Shown in pieces: positions 16,918-25,936 of a DNA stretch of 64,000 bases; within the stretch, counting starts at the first letter, position 1, and each line of letters opens with the position of its first letter. This DNA comes from a virus: IMG/VR virus record IMGVR_UViG_3300045988_154841, positions 1 through 64,000 of that record, one strand, 5' to 3'. Both the position numbers and the translations under genes were made by a program. The notes below the pieces were generated by a model, which made no database searches, had not been told where the DNA came from, and saw only the letters and a list, made by a program, of their open reading frames with translations.

Positions 16918-17972
16918 TGTACAGGCAGATAATGGTGATGATGCTGTGTGACCTAGATAGGTTATACATTGATGATGTGAATTACTCTGTACAGCCCAAC
17001 AACGAGATATGGTACACAACCATAGATAATAATAAGGCTGATGCAGCTGCCATACTTAATAGTTATGGTGGCGATAGGGATATTCAGATTTTGGAACATG
17101 TGTTTGAAAAGGGGCTTTGGAAAGTCAAGGCTGACCGACCTATTGTGTATATTCCCGAGAATTATATAAAGCAGGCACCAAACATTGTATCAATATCTTT
17201 ACCCAACCGTGTAATAAGACTAAATGCTTGGACGATGGGCCTTTTAAGAGATCCTCAATATACTCCTAACTTACGTACAGTTATTTTATCTAGTGTACCC
17301 AAGATATTTAATTCGGGATTTCCTCCATTTCAAATCGGTGATTTAGATATATATATTCCAAGAGAGGGTTTAGAAGAATTTACATCCATTGGAATATCTA
17401 AGAACCCAACTAATAGAGTTCACGAATGGGGTAACCCAGAGCCACAATTAAATATAGTAGACCCTTATGCTAGGGAAACATTAGAAAGATTATACGATGG
17501 TAAGATGAGCATGGCTAATGTACTTAGAATAACTGCCTTAAACAATACGTTTAACTCTCCACAATTGCGTACTTTTGAAGAGTTGAAGTATTTCACTAGT
17601 GTGACTTCGATGTATAGAACATTCTCACCTTGTATCAATCTAACTGGTACAATAACAGTTCCAGCTAGTGTAAAAAGTATAAGTGTAGTTTGCTTTTTTC
17701 AAACGCAATTGGAGGGAATTGAATTTTTGGCACAAGATTTTAAATGGGCATCATTAGCTTTAAGGCAGAATAAAAAACTGAAATGGGTAAAGATGCACTC
17801 TATCGAGCCACCTACAAAAATAGGAACGGACCAAGCTAAATTTGACTATGATAGCGGTAACGACACATGGAAGCTATATGTGCCAGACTCAAGTGTGAAT
17901 AAGTATAAGTCTGACTTAAATTTTGCTAATCTTGGTGAACGGATTAGACCACTAAGTGAATTTAATGAATAA
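16917..17972 (+). CDS. Leucine-rich-repeat (BspA-like) protein
   Basis: It has irregular LRR-like units (IVSISLPNRVIRLNAW, LRTVILSSVPKIF, VKSISVVCFFQTQLEGIEF). I prefer the ATG at 16917 (TGATG overlap, GGAGG 7 nt upstream) over the track start at 16875. Confidence 0.5.
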   Translation: MYRQIMVMMLCDLDRLYIDDVNYSVQPNNEIWYTTIDNNKADAAAILNSYGGDRDIQILEHVFEKGLWKVKADRPIVYIPENYIKQAPNIVSISLPNRVIRLNAWTMGLLRDPQYTPNLRTVILSSVPKIFNSGFPPFQIGDLDIYIPREGLEEFTSIGISKNPTNRVHEWGNPEPQLNIVDPYARETLERLYDGKMSMANVLRITALNNTFNSPQLRTFEELKYFTSVTSMYRTFSPCINLTGTITVPASVKSISVVCFFQTQLEGIEFLAQDFKWASLALRQNKKLKWVKMHSIEPPTKIGTDQAKFDYDSGNDTWKLYVPDSSVNKYKSDLNFANLGERIRPLSEFNE

Positions 17973-17974
17973 AT

Positions 17975-18493
17975 ATGAAATACGTAGATAAACAAGGCAA
18001 TTTCGCCCCAAACAACATAGTGATAGACGGTATGATGGTAATCAATCCAACAGCCGAGCAGTACGAACAAGCTGGTTATATGCCGTACATTGAATCAATG
18101 CCGACAGAGGAAGAACTATTGAAACAAGCCATCGAAAATAAGGTGGATGAGATTAAGGAGTACGATAAATCTCCTGCCGTAAACTCGTTCAAATTAAACG
18201 GCATGGATGCGTGGATAAACCGCGAAGACCGCATCGGAACAAGCAGAGCCATCCAACTTGATAAAGAGAATGGCCAAACCAAGAGTGAGATATGGTTAAA
18301 TGGTGTTTGCCTAAATGTAAATTGCGACATGGCCTTGGAAATGCTTGGGAAGGTAGGCTTTTACGCTTACAGGGCATATAACCGTACACAGGCTCACATT
18401 CATGCCGTACGTCAGTTGAAATCAATTGAGGAGGTACAGAAGTACGACTATACAACTGGTTATCCCGAGAAGTTAGACTTAAAGACAATGTAA
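17975..18493 (+). CDS. Hypothetical protein, possibly a fibre-assembly (DUF4376-like) protein
   Basis: The pattern FKLNGMDAWINRED...LNGVCLNV...YAYRAYNRTQAHIHAV...EEVQKYDYTTGYP resembles tail-fibre chaperone domains as I remember them. GC content is visibly higher here. Confidence 0.35.
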   Translation: MKYVDKQGNFAPNNIVIDGMMVINPTAEQYEQAGYMPYIESMPTEEELLKQAIENKVDEIKEYDKSPAVNSFKLNGMDAWINREDRIGTSRAIQLDKENGQTKSEIWLNGVCLNVNCDMALEMLGKVGFYAYRAYNRTQAHIHAVRQLKSIEEVQKYDYTTGYPEKLDLKTM

Positions 18494-18494
18494 T

Positions 18495-18935
18495 ATGGCA
18501 ATAATCAGTTTAATCATTTTGGCTACATACCTAATCGCTATGGCATTAGCCTACGGAGTGAAAGAATATGTAAGTGATAATTATTATATCGGCAAGCATC
18601 CGTGGCTGTTCTCCGTGGTAATGGCGGTAAGCGGTGGGATGATGCTTCCACCTATGTTGGAAAAGGGTGGACATGCTCCATTTTTAGCTTTGTTCTCAGT
18701 ATTTGGTTTACTGATAGTGGCTATTGCTCCTCATTACAAAATAGATAAGATGCACGCTGTAGGAGCTTTCACTGCGTTGATATGTGCAATAATGTGGGCA
18801 GCATCATTCCATATACAGGTAGTAATCTGTGCAGCTTTGTTATGGGGTTGTTATTGGGCAGCTAGACTTCCCAAACCTTATTACATTGGAGAAGTACTAG
18901 CATTCGCTCTGGTATATAGTACAATATTATTTTAA
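18495..18935 (+). CDS. Polytopic membrane protein (about 4-5 TM)
   Basis: This 146-aa ORF is almost entirely hydrophobic and lies in the GC-enriched cassette. Confidence 0.6.
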   Translation: MAIISLIILATYLIAMALAYGVKEYVSDNYYIGKHPWLFSVVMAVSGGMMLPPMLEKGGHAPFLALFSVFGLLIVAIAPHYKIDKMHAVGAFTALICAIMWAASFHIQVVICAALLWGCYWAARLPKPYYIGEVLAFALVYSTILF

Positions 18936-18968
18936 ATAACTTCTAATTACAAATAAATTATAAAGATT

Positions 18969-19286
18969 ATGGAGAATTTCTTGAAAAAGGTTAGTTTGAT
19001 TAAGGTAGTGTTCATTGCTTTAGGTCTAGTATTTGGATTTGTATCTATGCTGACAGAAAAAGAGGCAGAGTACAATTGGGTATTTGCACTTCTAGTATGT
19101 GCTATCACTTGTGCTTTTTTGGAGGGCATGCGTGCAGTTAGTATGGGCCCAAAAATAAAAGTAGAGGAAAATGAAACCCAGGAGGCTGAGAAAAAGAAAG
19201 CTAAGGAACCTAGTTACGATTGGCGTAATCCTGTATTGGCTTTGGTAGCAACTGCAGTATCTATTGGAATTTGCTTATTGCTATGA
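18969..19286 (+). CDS. Membrane protein (about 3 TM) with a charged loop
   Basis: This 105-aa ORF has TM segments VVFIALGLVFGFVSML, WVFALLVCAITCAFL and VLALVATAVSIGICLLL. Confidence 0.6.
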   Translation: MENFLKKVSLIKVVFIALGLVFGFVSMLTEKEAEYNWVFALLVCAITCAFLEGMRAVSMGPKIKVEENETQEAEKKKAKEPSYDWRNPVLALVATAVSIGICLLL

Positions 19287-19555
19287 AGTTAACAGAAAGA
19301 TTGGCTAAATTTGGTACAGATAAGTGGATGCACCTTACTGCATCCCTTATCCTTGCCAATATTATCACGCGATGTTTACGTAGATACAGTGTAGGATGTT
19401 TTCTATCCCTATGTATAGGTTTCAGTGTAAGTTTGGCAATTGGTATTTGTAAGGAATTATATGATAGATACAAGGAAAAAGAAACCTTCGATTGGGGTGA
19501 TATTAAGGCAGATGTAGTTGGTGCTGCTATTGGCTCTGTACTTGGAGTTATATAA
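19283..19555 (+). CDS. Small membrane protein
   Basis: I prefer the ATG at 19283 (ATGA overlap with the upstream stop) over the TTG at 19271. The C-terminal KELYDRY...FDWGDIKADVVGAAIG motif is reminiscent of DUF2279/YfiM-like proteins (weak recollection). Confidence 0.5.
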   Translation: MKLTERLAKFGTDKWMHLTASLILANIITRCLRRYSVGCFLSLCIGFSVSLAIGICKELYDRYKEKETFDWGDIKADVVGAAIGSVLGVI

Positions 19556-19580
19556 GATCTCGATTAATACAATTCATATT

Positions 19581-20138
19581 ATGGTAAAATTATCAGTAAC
19601 CCTGCCTACTGAATTTGGTGAATTAGAGATTTATGCTAATCCTACTAGACTTAAGAAGGCTGAAGAATTAATACGTAAAACACCAAAAATCTTAAACGAT
19701 GCTTATGAAATAGCTGCCAACAAATTTGCTAATAGATTAGTAAGGATGGCTAAATACTGTTTAGCAAATGGCATACCTCCAAGGGGTTCAGGAGTATCTT
19801 GGCCACCTCATGCAGAAAGTACAGTTAGAAAACTAGGCGAACATACTTTACTATATTGGTCCTCTCAATATTATCATCACATACGTGTAATAAAGAGAGG
19901 TAAACATATAGCAGTTGGAGTTCCTCCGGGCCTTAAGAAAACTAGGCCAGACGGAAGAAGGTCTTTTTCAGAATTAACCCTATCTCAGGTAGCTAAGGTA
20001 TTAGAATTCGGAAGTAGGGACGGCAGAATACCTCAAAGACCTCTATGGCAATATTTATGGCCTTCTATTGGTGGCGACGGACCTTATAGGCGGGAGCTAG
20101 TGCAACAAATAAGAAAACAAATAAATAAATATAGATAG
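19581..20138 (+). CDS. Putative tail-completion / HK97 gp10-like protein
   Basis: I prefer the ATG at 19581 over the TTG at 19518. IPQRPLWQYLWP resembles the RPF(L/W) motif of gp10-family proteins. Confidence 0.4.
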   Translation: MVKLSVTLPTEFGELEIYANPTRLKKAEELIRKTPKILNDAYEIAANKFANRLVRMAKYCLANGIPPRGSGVSWPPHAESTVRKLGEHTLLYWSSQYYHHIRVIKRGKHIAVGVPPGLKKTRPDGRRSFSELTLSQVAKVLEFGSRDGRIPQRPLWQYLWPSIGGDGPYRRELVQQIRKQINKYR

Positions 20139-20140
20139 CT

Positions 20141-21865
20141 ATGGCTTTTTCTCTAGATAAGATAGTAGGCAACGGTAATGGCACTGTTACTATTACTGCT
20201 GACCCAAATGATAGTAACCTAAAAAAGAATGCCCATCTTTTAGTTAAGGTGGGCGGTGTAGTAAAACAAAGTATATCTTTGGTACAGGCTGCCGGAGTGG
20301 GATATGAATTGTTTATTCAGACTGACGTAACCGAATTACCTTGGGCTGGAGGTATAGTAAAAGTAACCTATTGGATTACTTTTAATAGTACTATAACTAA
20401 GGAAGTTCCTGTAATCTCTGGTATAAATCAACAGATAGGTTCTGGTATGGACTCAGATGGTAAACACTGGTTCACTGATAAGTTACCCCAGGGTTTTAAC
20501 CAGGTAACCTATACTGCCACTTATCAAAGTTTACAAGAGGAAGTAACAGTCATTGGTAAAGACCAACATGAATTGAGATTACAAATAGACAGGACTTATA
20601 TAGATGAAGAAAACCCAACTGCAAAGATTACTTACTGGGTATTAGTGAATGGTAAAGATATCAATGAAGGCAATCTCGCTCTAAATTATGTAGAGGAAGG
20701 TACTGAAGTAGAGAATTATTGTATTTTCAGCCCAACAGCTAAAGAACCGTCTGGAAAGTTATCTCAAACGGTTACTTTATCAAGACACTTAAAAACCTCT
20801 ATGACATTAACTTTTTATTTAAGAGATTTAAATACTGGTAAAACATCTAACTATGTGGTATTGAATCTGTTGAATAAGCACAGTTCTATATTGACTCTAG
20901 TAGACTTTTTAACTATAAAACCCGTGTGGTCAGATACTGAAGGTAAGTCGCTAGATTCTATGATCACCGTAATAGATTCATCAATAAAGATAAGTACTGA
21001 CGGTAAAACTTTGGACGATTACTTTATAGGTAATGGTGGAGCGGGTAATAGGCTATCTGAAGTTAAAAGATATATAGATAAAACTGGTACACTAAGTAAA
21101 TCTGATAAAGGTAGTTTATCTGTAAACTTAAAGAACATCAAAGAAGCTTGTAAAAAGAGTATAGTAAATATATACTTGTACAGTAACTGGATGGACTACA
21201 AAAACCTTGGTAATGTAACCTTAAATATAAACTCTTACAAAGGGACTAATTTATCTACTAACAACGGAGAGTATGTACCTGAGGGAGATACTATATTGTC
21301 AGGCTCCTTACAAAAGACAGTAAACTGTCATGCTCTGGGACTTCCTAATTTTAATCTCAATGATATAAACTATGTAAAGCAAAATTATTCTTGCGTATTG
21401 AAGATAAGGTTTGATTTAATTAACCTAATAGCTGTAATAGAAGTGAATAATAAGAAAACTGGTAGGAGTGTAGTAGCTGATGTAAAGTTAAACGGAGAAC
21501 TACTGAAATTCAACGGCTTGGGCAATTTATCAAAGAGTATACAAGTATCACCAAATGACCCCAGTAGAGTATATACTTACACTTGGTCAGATGGCAAAGA
21601 AGTTATTGATAATGCTGGTGTAGTAGAAAATAAGCCGATTAAAGTCACTAGATCACCTAGAGTGGATTCAGATTTTATAGAGATAGTAGATATTCTAAAA
21701 AATCCTGGTTCTGAGGATATAGTGGGTATAAGATTTAAAGCTAAGGCTAATCCTAGTGACTTTAGACCTAGATTTGCAAGAATGAGTATAGATTTTACTT
21801 CTAACTTACAACCGCAGGGAGTGAACTTAATGATATTAGAAATTATACAACCTAAATTATCTTAA
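20141..21865 (+). CDS. Virion protein with an N-terminal BACON/Ig-like domain
   Basis: GNGNGTVTITADPNDSNLKKNAHLLVKVGGVVKQSISLVQAA resembles the BACON pattern. The ORF is 574 aa. Confidence 0.4.
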   Translation: MAFSLDKIVGNGNGTVTITADPNDSNLKKNAHLLVKVGGVVKQSISLVQAAGVGYELFIQTDVTELPWAGGIVKVTYWITFNSTITKEVPVISGINQQIGSGMDSDGKHWFTDKLPQGFNQVTYTATYQSLQEEVTVIGKDQHELRLQIDRTYIDEENPTAKITYWVLVNGKDINEGNLALNYVEEGTEVENYCIFSPTAKEPSGKLSQTVTLSRHLKTSMTLTFYLRDLNTGKTSNYVVLNLLNKHSSILTLVDFLTIKPVWSDTEGKSLDSMITVIDSSIKISTDGKTLDDYFIGNGGAGNRLSEVKRYIDKTGTLSKSDKGSLSVNLKNIKEACKKSIVNIYLYSNWMDYKNLGNVTLNINSYKGTNLSTNNGEYVPEGDTILSGSLQKTVNCHALGLPNFNLNDINYVKQNYSCVLKIRFDLINLIAVIEVNNKKTGRSVVADVKLNGELLKFNGLGNLSKSIQVSPNDPSRVYTYTWSDGKEVIDNAGVVENKPIKVTRSPRVDSDFIEIVDILKNPGSEDIVGIRFKAKANPSDFRPRFARMSIDFTSNLQPQGVNLMILEIIQPKLS

Positions 21866-21867
21866 GT

Positions 21868-22602
21868 ATGGGCGTAGAAGATAGTTTGTTTACATTGCAT
21901 GAGATAATAGAAAGAACTTTCTACATAGCTCTGCTACATGAAACTTTAAAAAGAGGTTTAACTTTGAACCCTGAAGATTATTTAGTAGATATTCCTGGAG
22001 AATCAGTACCTTCTCCTACTGCAGAAACAGAGTTAAAATTCTTAGCAGATAAAGAGAAGATAGGGGATAAATTTATCTACATATTCGGGGTAAGTAATAA
22101 TCAATCTAGAGGTATTAAGGAATTACCTAGAATAACTTTAGAATTGAAGGCTTATTATCCAGGAGATATAGGTCTAGAAAAAGAATCCCTAGAATTAAAT
22201 CCCTACGGCACATTTCAAAGTATAGAATACGACTATGAAACAAAACATACCCTAATAGATGTTCATCTATGTGCTAATACTGAAGCTGAGATGAGAGTAT
22301 TACATGATATTATGTATAGGGCCCTACCAGCTAGAGGTTATTTAAAGCCATATCTGAATAATGATTACCAATATTGGAAATCTAAAAACTTAGAACCCAC
22401 TGGGAATTTCTACATTGAGGTAAGTAATCACTATGACCATCCAGATTTAAATCACGGATTTTTAGAAAAGGTATATACTTACGAGGTTAGGGATGGTATG
22501 GTAATTAATAAAGATACTGAGGTAAATTATAAACCGATAAAGGATATAGATTTATTACTAAAGAATAATCAAAGCGACTTAAGCATACATATACCAAATT
22601 AA
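21868..22602 (+). CDS. Hypothetical neck / tail protein
   Basis: This 244-aa ORF lies immediately upstream of the sheath gene. Confidence 0.6.
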   Translation: MGVEDSLFTLHEIIERTFYIALLHETLKRGLTLNPEDYLVDIPGESVPSPTAETELKFLADKEKIGDKFIYIFGVSNNQSRGIKELPRITLELKAYYPGDIGLEKESLELNPYGTFQSIEYDYETKHTLIDVHLCANTEAEMRVLHDIMYRALPARGYLKPYLNNDYQYWKSKNLEPTGNFYIEVSNHYDHPDLNHGFLEKVYTYEVRDGMVINKDTEVNYKPIKDIDLLLKNNQSDLSIHIPN

Positions 22603-22658
22603 CAATACTCTGAAGGATTTTATAACAAGAAGAATATTCACATTTTAAACGTAAACAT

Positions 22659-24302
22659 ATGCCTAATACACCGAGTGTAAAATTCAACTTTATTAATAAT
22701 AATGTTGAAGAAAGTTCTCCTTTACAAGGTATTTCTACTGTATTGGCTAGAACTATCAAGGGTCCAGCTGTAGACCCTTCAATATTAATCAGCTCTATTT
22801 CTCAATTTCGTAGGATCTATGGTAAGGAGTTAGTACCAGATGGTTCTTATTCTAACATAGAACAGGCTCTAAGAGGAGGTTCTAAACTTAGGATTATAAG
22901 AGTGATGGGAGCAACCTCTAAACAAGGAGAAGTTGGTAATTTATTTAAAATTAAGATAGGTAGTAAAGAGGCTTCTTTAAAGTTGGTAACTAGAGGCTTT
23001 GGAGATCCTATTGGTACCGGTAATACTTTTACAGTAACTACTACCAAACAAGGTAATACTCTGTACTATACCGTACTAGACGCAAACCAAACAGTATTGG
23101 AATCTGGCCCAGTATTCTCATATATGACGGCAGATGCTAATAACCCCACTTCAGTAGACTACTTGGCTCTAAGTTTATGGATTAATACTAATCCATATTT
23201 TAAAGCCTCTATAGATACTAAGGCTCCTGAGTTAGGTAGTATAGAAAAGTTTTTAACTTGGATAGCTGGAGTAGATAATACTAAAACTGTAATAGAGGTA
23301 ACTCCTACGGCTTCTTTGACTGGGAGTATAGGTGTAGTGGGGACTCAACCTACTTTGCAATTGTATAAAGATGCTGCAGATACCGTAAGAGACTATACAG
23401 ATTCATATAATATACTAGCTTCTCATGTATCAGATAACCTGAATAGTAGTGATACTTTACAACTTTACAAGTATCTAAAAGATATATGCGATGAGCTAAA
23501 CGAATTCAGATTGTTCATAGAGATACCGAAGTATATAGCTGGTAGTACTACTCCTATGAATGTTGAGAAGATGATAGAGTGGAAAAACCAATGCAATAGT
23601 ACTATCGGTTATTCTAAATGGGTATCTTATTACGGTTCTGGGCTGATATACAACAATGAATTCGGTATACCCCAACCTTCAGATGTTGGAGGAACTGTAC
23701 TAGGTCTAGCTGATTCATCTGCTACGAACTTTGGCTATGATAAATCTTTTGCAGGGTTGAATCGAGGAGTAGTAACTGATGCTCAAGGTCCTGTATCTCC
23801 CAACTATGGTAGTCCTGGTAGAGTTAGTGATTTAGAGAAACTAGCTCAGGCCAATATCAATGTATTTGTGGTTCGAGATACTCCTAGTTTTGGTAAGAGA
23901 GTAGTACTTTGGCATAATTTTACTGACCAAGTAAAACAGGACTCTTTTAGATTCCTAGGTAATATTGGGTTAGTCTTAAACATAAAGAAGACTTTGAGAC
24001 CTATCTTGGAGTCTTATCTAGAAGAGCCCAATATATGGAATACTTGGAGGGCTATTTACCTTAGAGTTAGACCTTATATTGATGCTTGGGTAGATGCCAA
24101 TGCTTTAACAGACCCCAAATGGAATGGTGACCAAGATGCAAACTCCTGGAAAGATCTAAAGGTGAATAACGAGGCTGATTGTAGACAAGGTAAGTACAGA
24201 GTAGTATTCTCTTTCAAAGATGTAGTAGCTCTTCAAGAAATTACTATGGATTTGGTAATAGAGAAGTCTAGTAAATCTGTTGACGTTAGCGTTGGTAAAT
24301 AA
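22659..24302 (+). CDS. Contractile tail sheath protein
   Basis: This 547-aa ORF has the C-terminal sheath-like motif ANINVFVVRDTPSFGKRVVLWHNFT. A tube-sized gene follows. Confidence 0.7.
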   Translation: MPNTPSVKFNFINNNVEESSPLQGISTVLARTIKGPAVDPSILISSISQFRRIYGKELVPDGSYSNIEQALRGGSKLRIIRVMGATSKQGEVGNLFKIKIGSKEASLKLVTRGFGDPIGTGNTFTVTTTKQGNTLYYTVLDANQTVLESGPVFSYMTADANNPTSVDYLALSLWINTNPYFKASIDTKAPELGSIEKFLTWIAGVDNTKTVIEVTPTASLTGSIGVVGTQPTLQLYKDAADTVRDYTDSYNILASHVSDNLNSSDTLQLYKYLKDICDELNEFRLFIEIPKYIAGSTTPMNVEKMIEWKNQCNSTIGYSKWVSYYGSGLIYNNEFGIPQPSDVGGTVLGLADSSATNFGYDKSFAGLNRGVVTDAQGPVSPNYGSPGRVSDLEKLAQANINVFVVRDTPSFGKRVVLWHNFTDQVKQDSFRFLGNIGLVLNIKKTLRPILESYLEEPNIWNTWRAIYLRVRPYIDAWVDANALTDPKWNGDQDANSWKDLKVNNEADCRQGKYRVVFSFKDVVALQEITMDLVIEKSSKSVDVSVGK

Positions 24303-24330
24303 GCGTAAATATTAAAATAAATTCTAGAAC

Positions 24331-24795
24331 ATGGGCGCAAAGATAAAAAACCCTAGGAAAAAATTCCTTTGGAGTATAAATTTTGTAAAACACCCTATAA
24401 ACCCATACCTTTGTCAAAAGTGTACCTTACCTGATATCAGTATAGACCAGGTAAACCATGGAGATGTAAACAGGGATGTAAAAACTGCAGGTAGAGTATC
24501 TATAGGAAACTTGATAGTAGAAAAACTTCTTACTACTGCAGGTTCTGATACATGGGTATGGGACTGGTTGTTTAGTTGTCAAGATCATATCATCGGTGGA
24601 GGACTGGTACCTTCTGATTATTGGGAAACTATCGCTGTAAATGAATTGGCAGAAGATGGTAAAACGGTATTAAATACTCATGTATATACAGAAGTATGGC
24701 CTACTAAAATCGACGGTATAGAATTAGATAGGATGGCTTCTGAGAATACTATAGAAAAAATAGAATTTTCGGTTGGTACCGTAGATAAATATTAA
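24331..24795 (+). CDS. Tail tube protein
   Basis: This 154-aa ORF lies directly after the sheath gene. The N-terminal KFLWSINF...LPDISID pattern is typical of gp19-like tube proteins. Confidence 0.55.
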   Translation: MGAKIKNPRKKFLWSINFVKHPINPYLCQKCTLPDISIDQVNHGDVNRDVKTAGRVSIGNLIVEKLLTTAGSDTWVWDWLFSCQDHIIGGGLVPSDYWETIAVNELAEDGKTVLNTHVYTEVWPTKIDGIELDRMASENTIEKIEFSVGTVDKY

Positions 24796-24813
24796 CCTGT
24801 TTGGGTGATTTTT

Positions 24814-24858
24814 AGGGTAGAGTCTTTGGGTATCTTGAAGATTCTACCCTTTCTTTTT
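24814..24858 (+). terminator. Intrinsic terminator after the tube gene
   Basis: AGGGTAGAGTC pairs with GATTCTACCCT (11 bp with one G-U), followed by TTCTTTTTG. Confidence 0.75.
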
Positions 24859-24893
24859 GAAATCGATTATTAACACATTAAATACATTAAACA

Positions 24894-25679
24894 ATGAACA
24901 TGGAATTAAAACCTAACGTGATTGAGTTTATTGGCCCATCGAGCTATAAATATGTTATTCGTGAAGAGAATGGAGCTGACGAAGAGATAATCTCTAATCA
25001 AGCAGCAGCTAAAAACTTTATGAATATCACTAATTTTATATCAGCTATTGTGGTATCTACTGATGCTACAGAAAGCGGTAAGTTAACTCCACAGGAAGCT
25101 TTGGAATTACCCTTACTAGATAGGTATGTAATACTTATTAAGTCTAGAATATTCTCTCTCGGGGATAAAGTACCTTTTTCATTCATTTGGCCAGGAGAGC
25201 AAACCCCAGTTCACTATGAACAGGACTTAAACGAATTGGTATTAGAGGACTATTCAGAGTATGTAGAATCTGAGGTTTCAGAAAAACCAGAAGCAGTACC
25301 TTTTTATAAAGATAGGGAGCTTCTGAAAAAGATAAACTTTAAAGATTATGAATTGAATCTATCCTCTGGTAAGAAAGTTAAATTTGACTTAGCTACTGGC
25401 AGTACTGAAAGATATGCTGCAATGTTGCCAGAAGAACAAAATACTAGAAATTCAGAATTGTTGGCAAGAAACTTACACGTAGAAATTTCCGGTAAATGGG
25501 AGAAAGTAGAACAATTCTCTATATTTAGTGTTAGAGAGCTGGCCGAGATACGAGCTTCTATTCATGAGGTAGATCCTCTATACTCAGGTTTGGTAGATAT
25601 TGAGAATCCTAAGACTGGAGAAAAGCTTAAATACCCCATATTTGGAGCTCCCCGTTTTTTCTTTCTAACGGAAGCGTAA
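24894..25679 (+). CDS. Tail assembly chaperone (short, frame-0 product)
   Basis: This 261-aa acidic ORF lies between the tube and tape-measure genes. It ends just after a slippery heptamer. Confidence 0.6.
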   Translation: MNMELKPNVIEFIGPSSYKYVIREENGADEEIISNQAAAKNFMNITNFISAIVVSTDATESGKLTPQEALELPLLDRYVILIKSRIFSLGDKVPFSFIWPGEQTPVHYEQDLNELVLEDYSEYVESEVSEKPEAVPFYKDRELLKKINFKDYELNLSSGKKVKFDLATGSTERYAAMLPEEQNTRNSELLARNLHVEISGKWEKVEQFSIFSVRELAEIRASIHEVDPLYSGLVDIENPKTGEKLKYPIFGAPRFFFLTEA

Positions 25680-25933
25680 ATGAAGAATTAGAAGACCTGA
25701 CTAAAAGTCAACTAGAGAAGCGTAGGAAAAACCTAGAAGAACTAGATATTACTTTATACCCGGTAGGTACTCCAGTACCTCTAGTTGACCAAATGATACA
25801 TATAACTAGAGCAGAAATAGTTGTTGGTGACTATTTCTGCTTTTTACGTCTTCCGTTAAGAGTAAGAGAGAGATTTAGAGAAATAGCTAATAGCTATTAT
25901 GAACATCTAAAAAATAATACCTTAAAGAAATAA
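24894..25933 (+). CDS. Tail assembly chaperone, frameshift-extended product (G/GT-like)
   Basis: The -1 frame after 25661 reads LSNGSVNEELEDLTKSQLEKRRKNLEELDITLYPV...EHLKNNTLKK. It has no start codon of its own and ends 3 nt before the tape-measure ATG. Confidence 0.6.
25655..25661 (+). promoter_or_regulatory. -1 programmed frameshift slippery site T TTT TTC
   Basis: This is an X XXY YYZ heptamer in the zero frame (R-F-F codons CGT TTT TTC). The -1 frame is open from 25631 to the TAA at 25931-25933. Confidence 0.65.
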
Positions 25934-25936
25934 GAT

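Noticed and set aside
18076-18488. Two long minus-strand ORFs (84 and 99 aa) inside the 17975-18493 gene
   Set aside because: They are typical by-products of locally higher GC content. The plus-strand ORF fits the operon packing with 1-2 nt junctions.
19518-19580. Upstream non-ATG or overlapping starts offered by the ORF track (19518 TTG, 19271 TTG, 27945 GTG, 28933 TTG, 29749 TTG, 40024 TTG, 41563, 43516, 16875)
   Set aside because: In each case an ATG lies immediately after, or in an ATGA/TGATG overlap with, the upstream stop codon. For 40024, the extension would run through the promoter block. I used the shorter coordinates.
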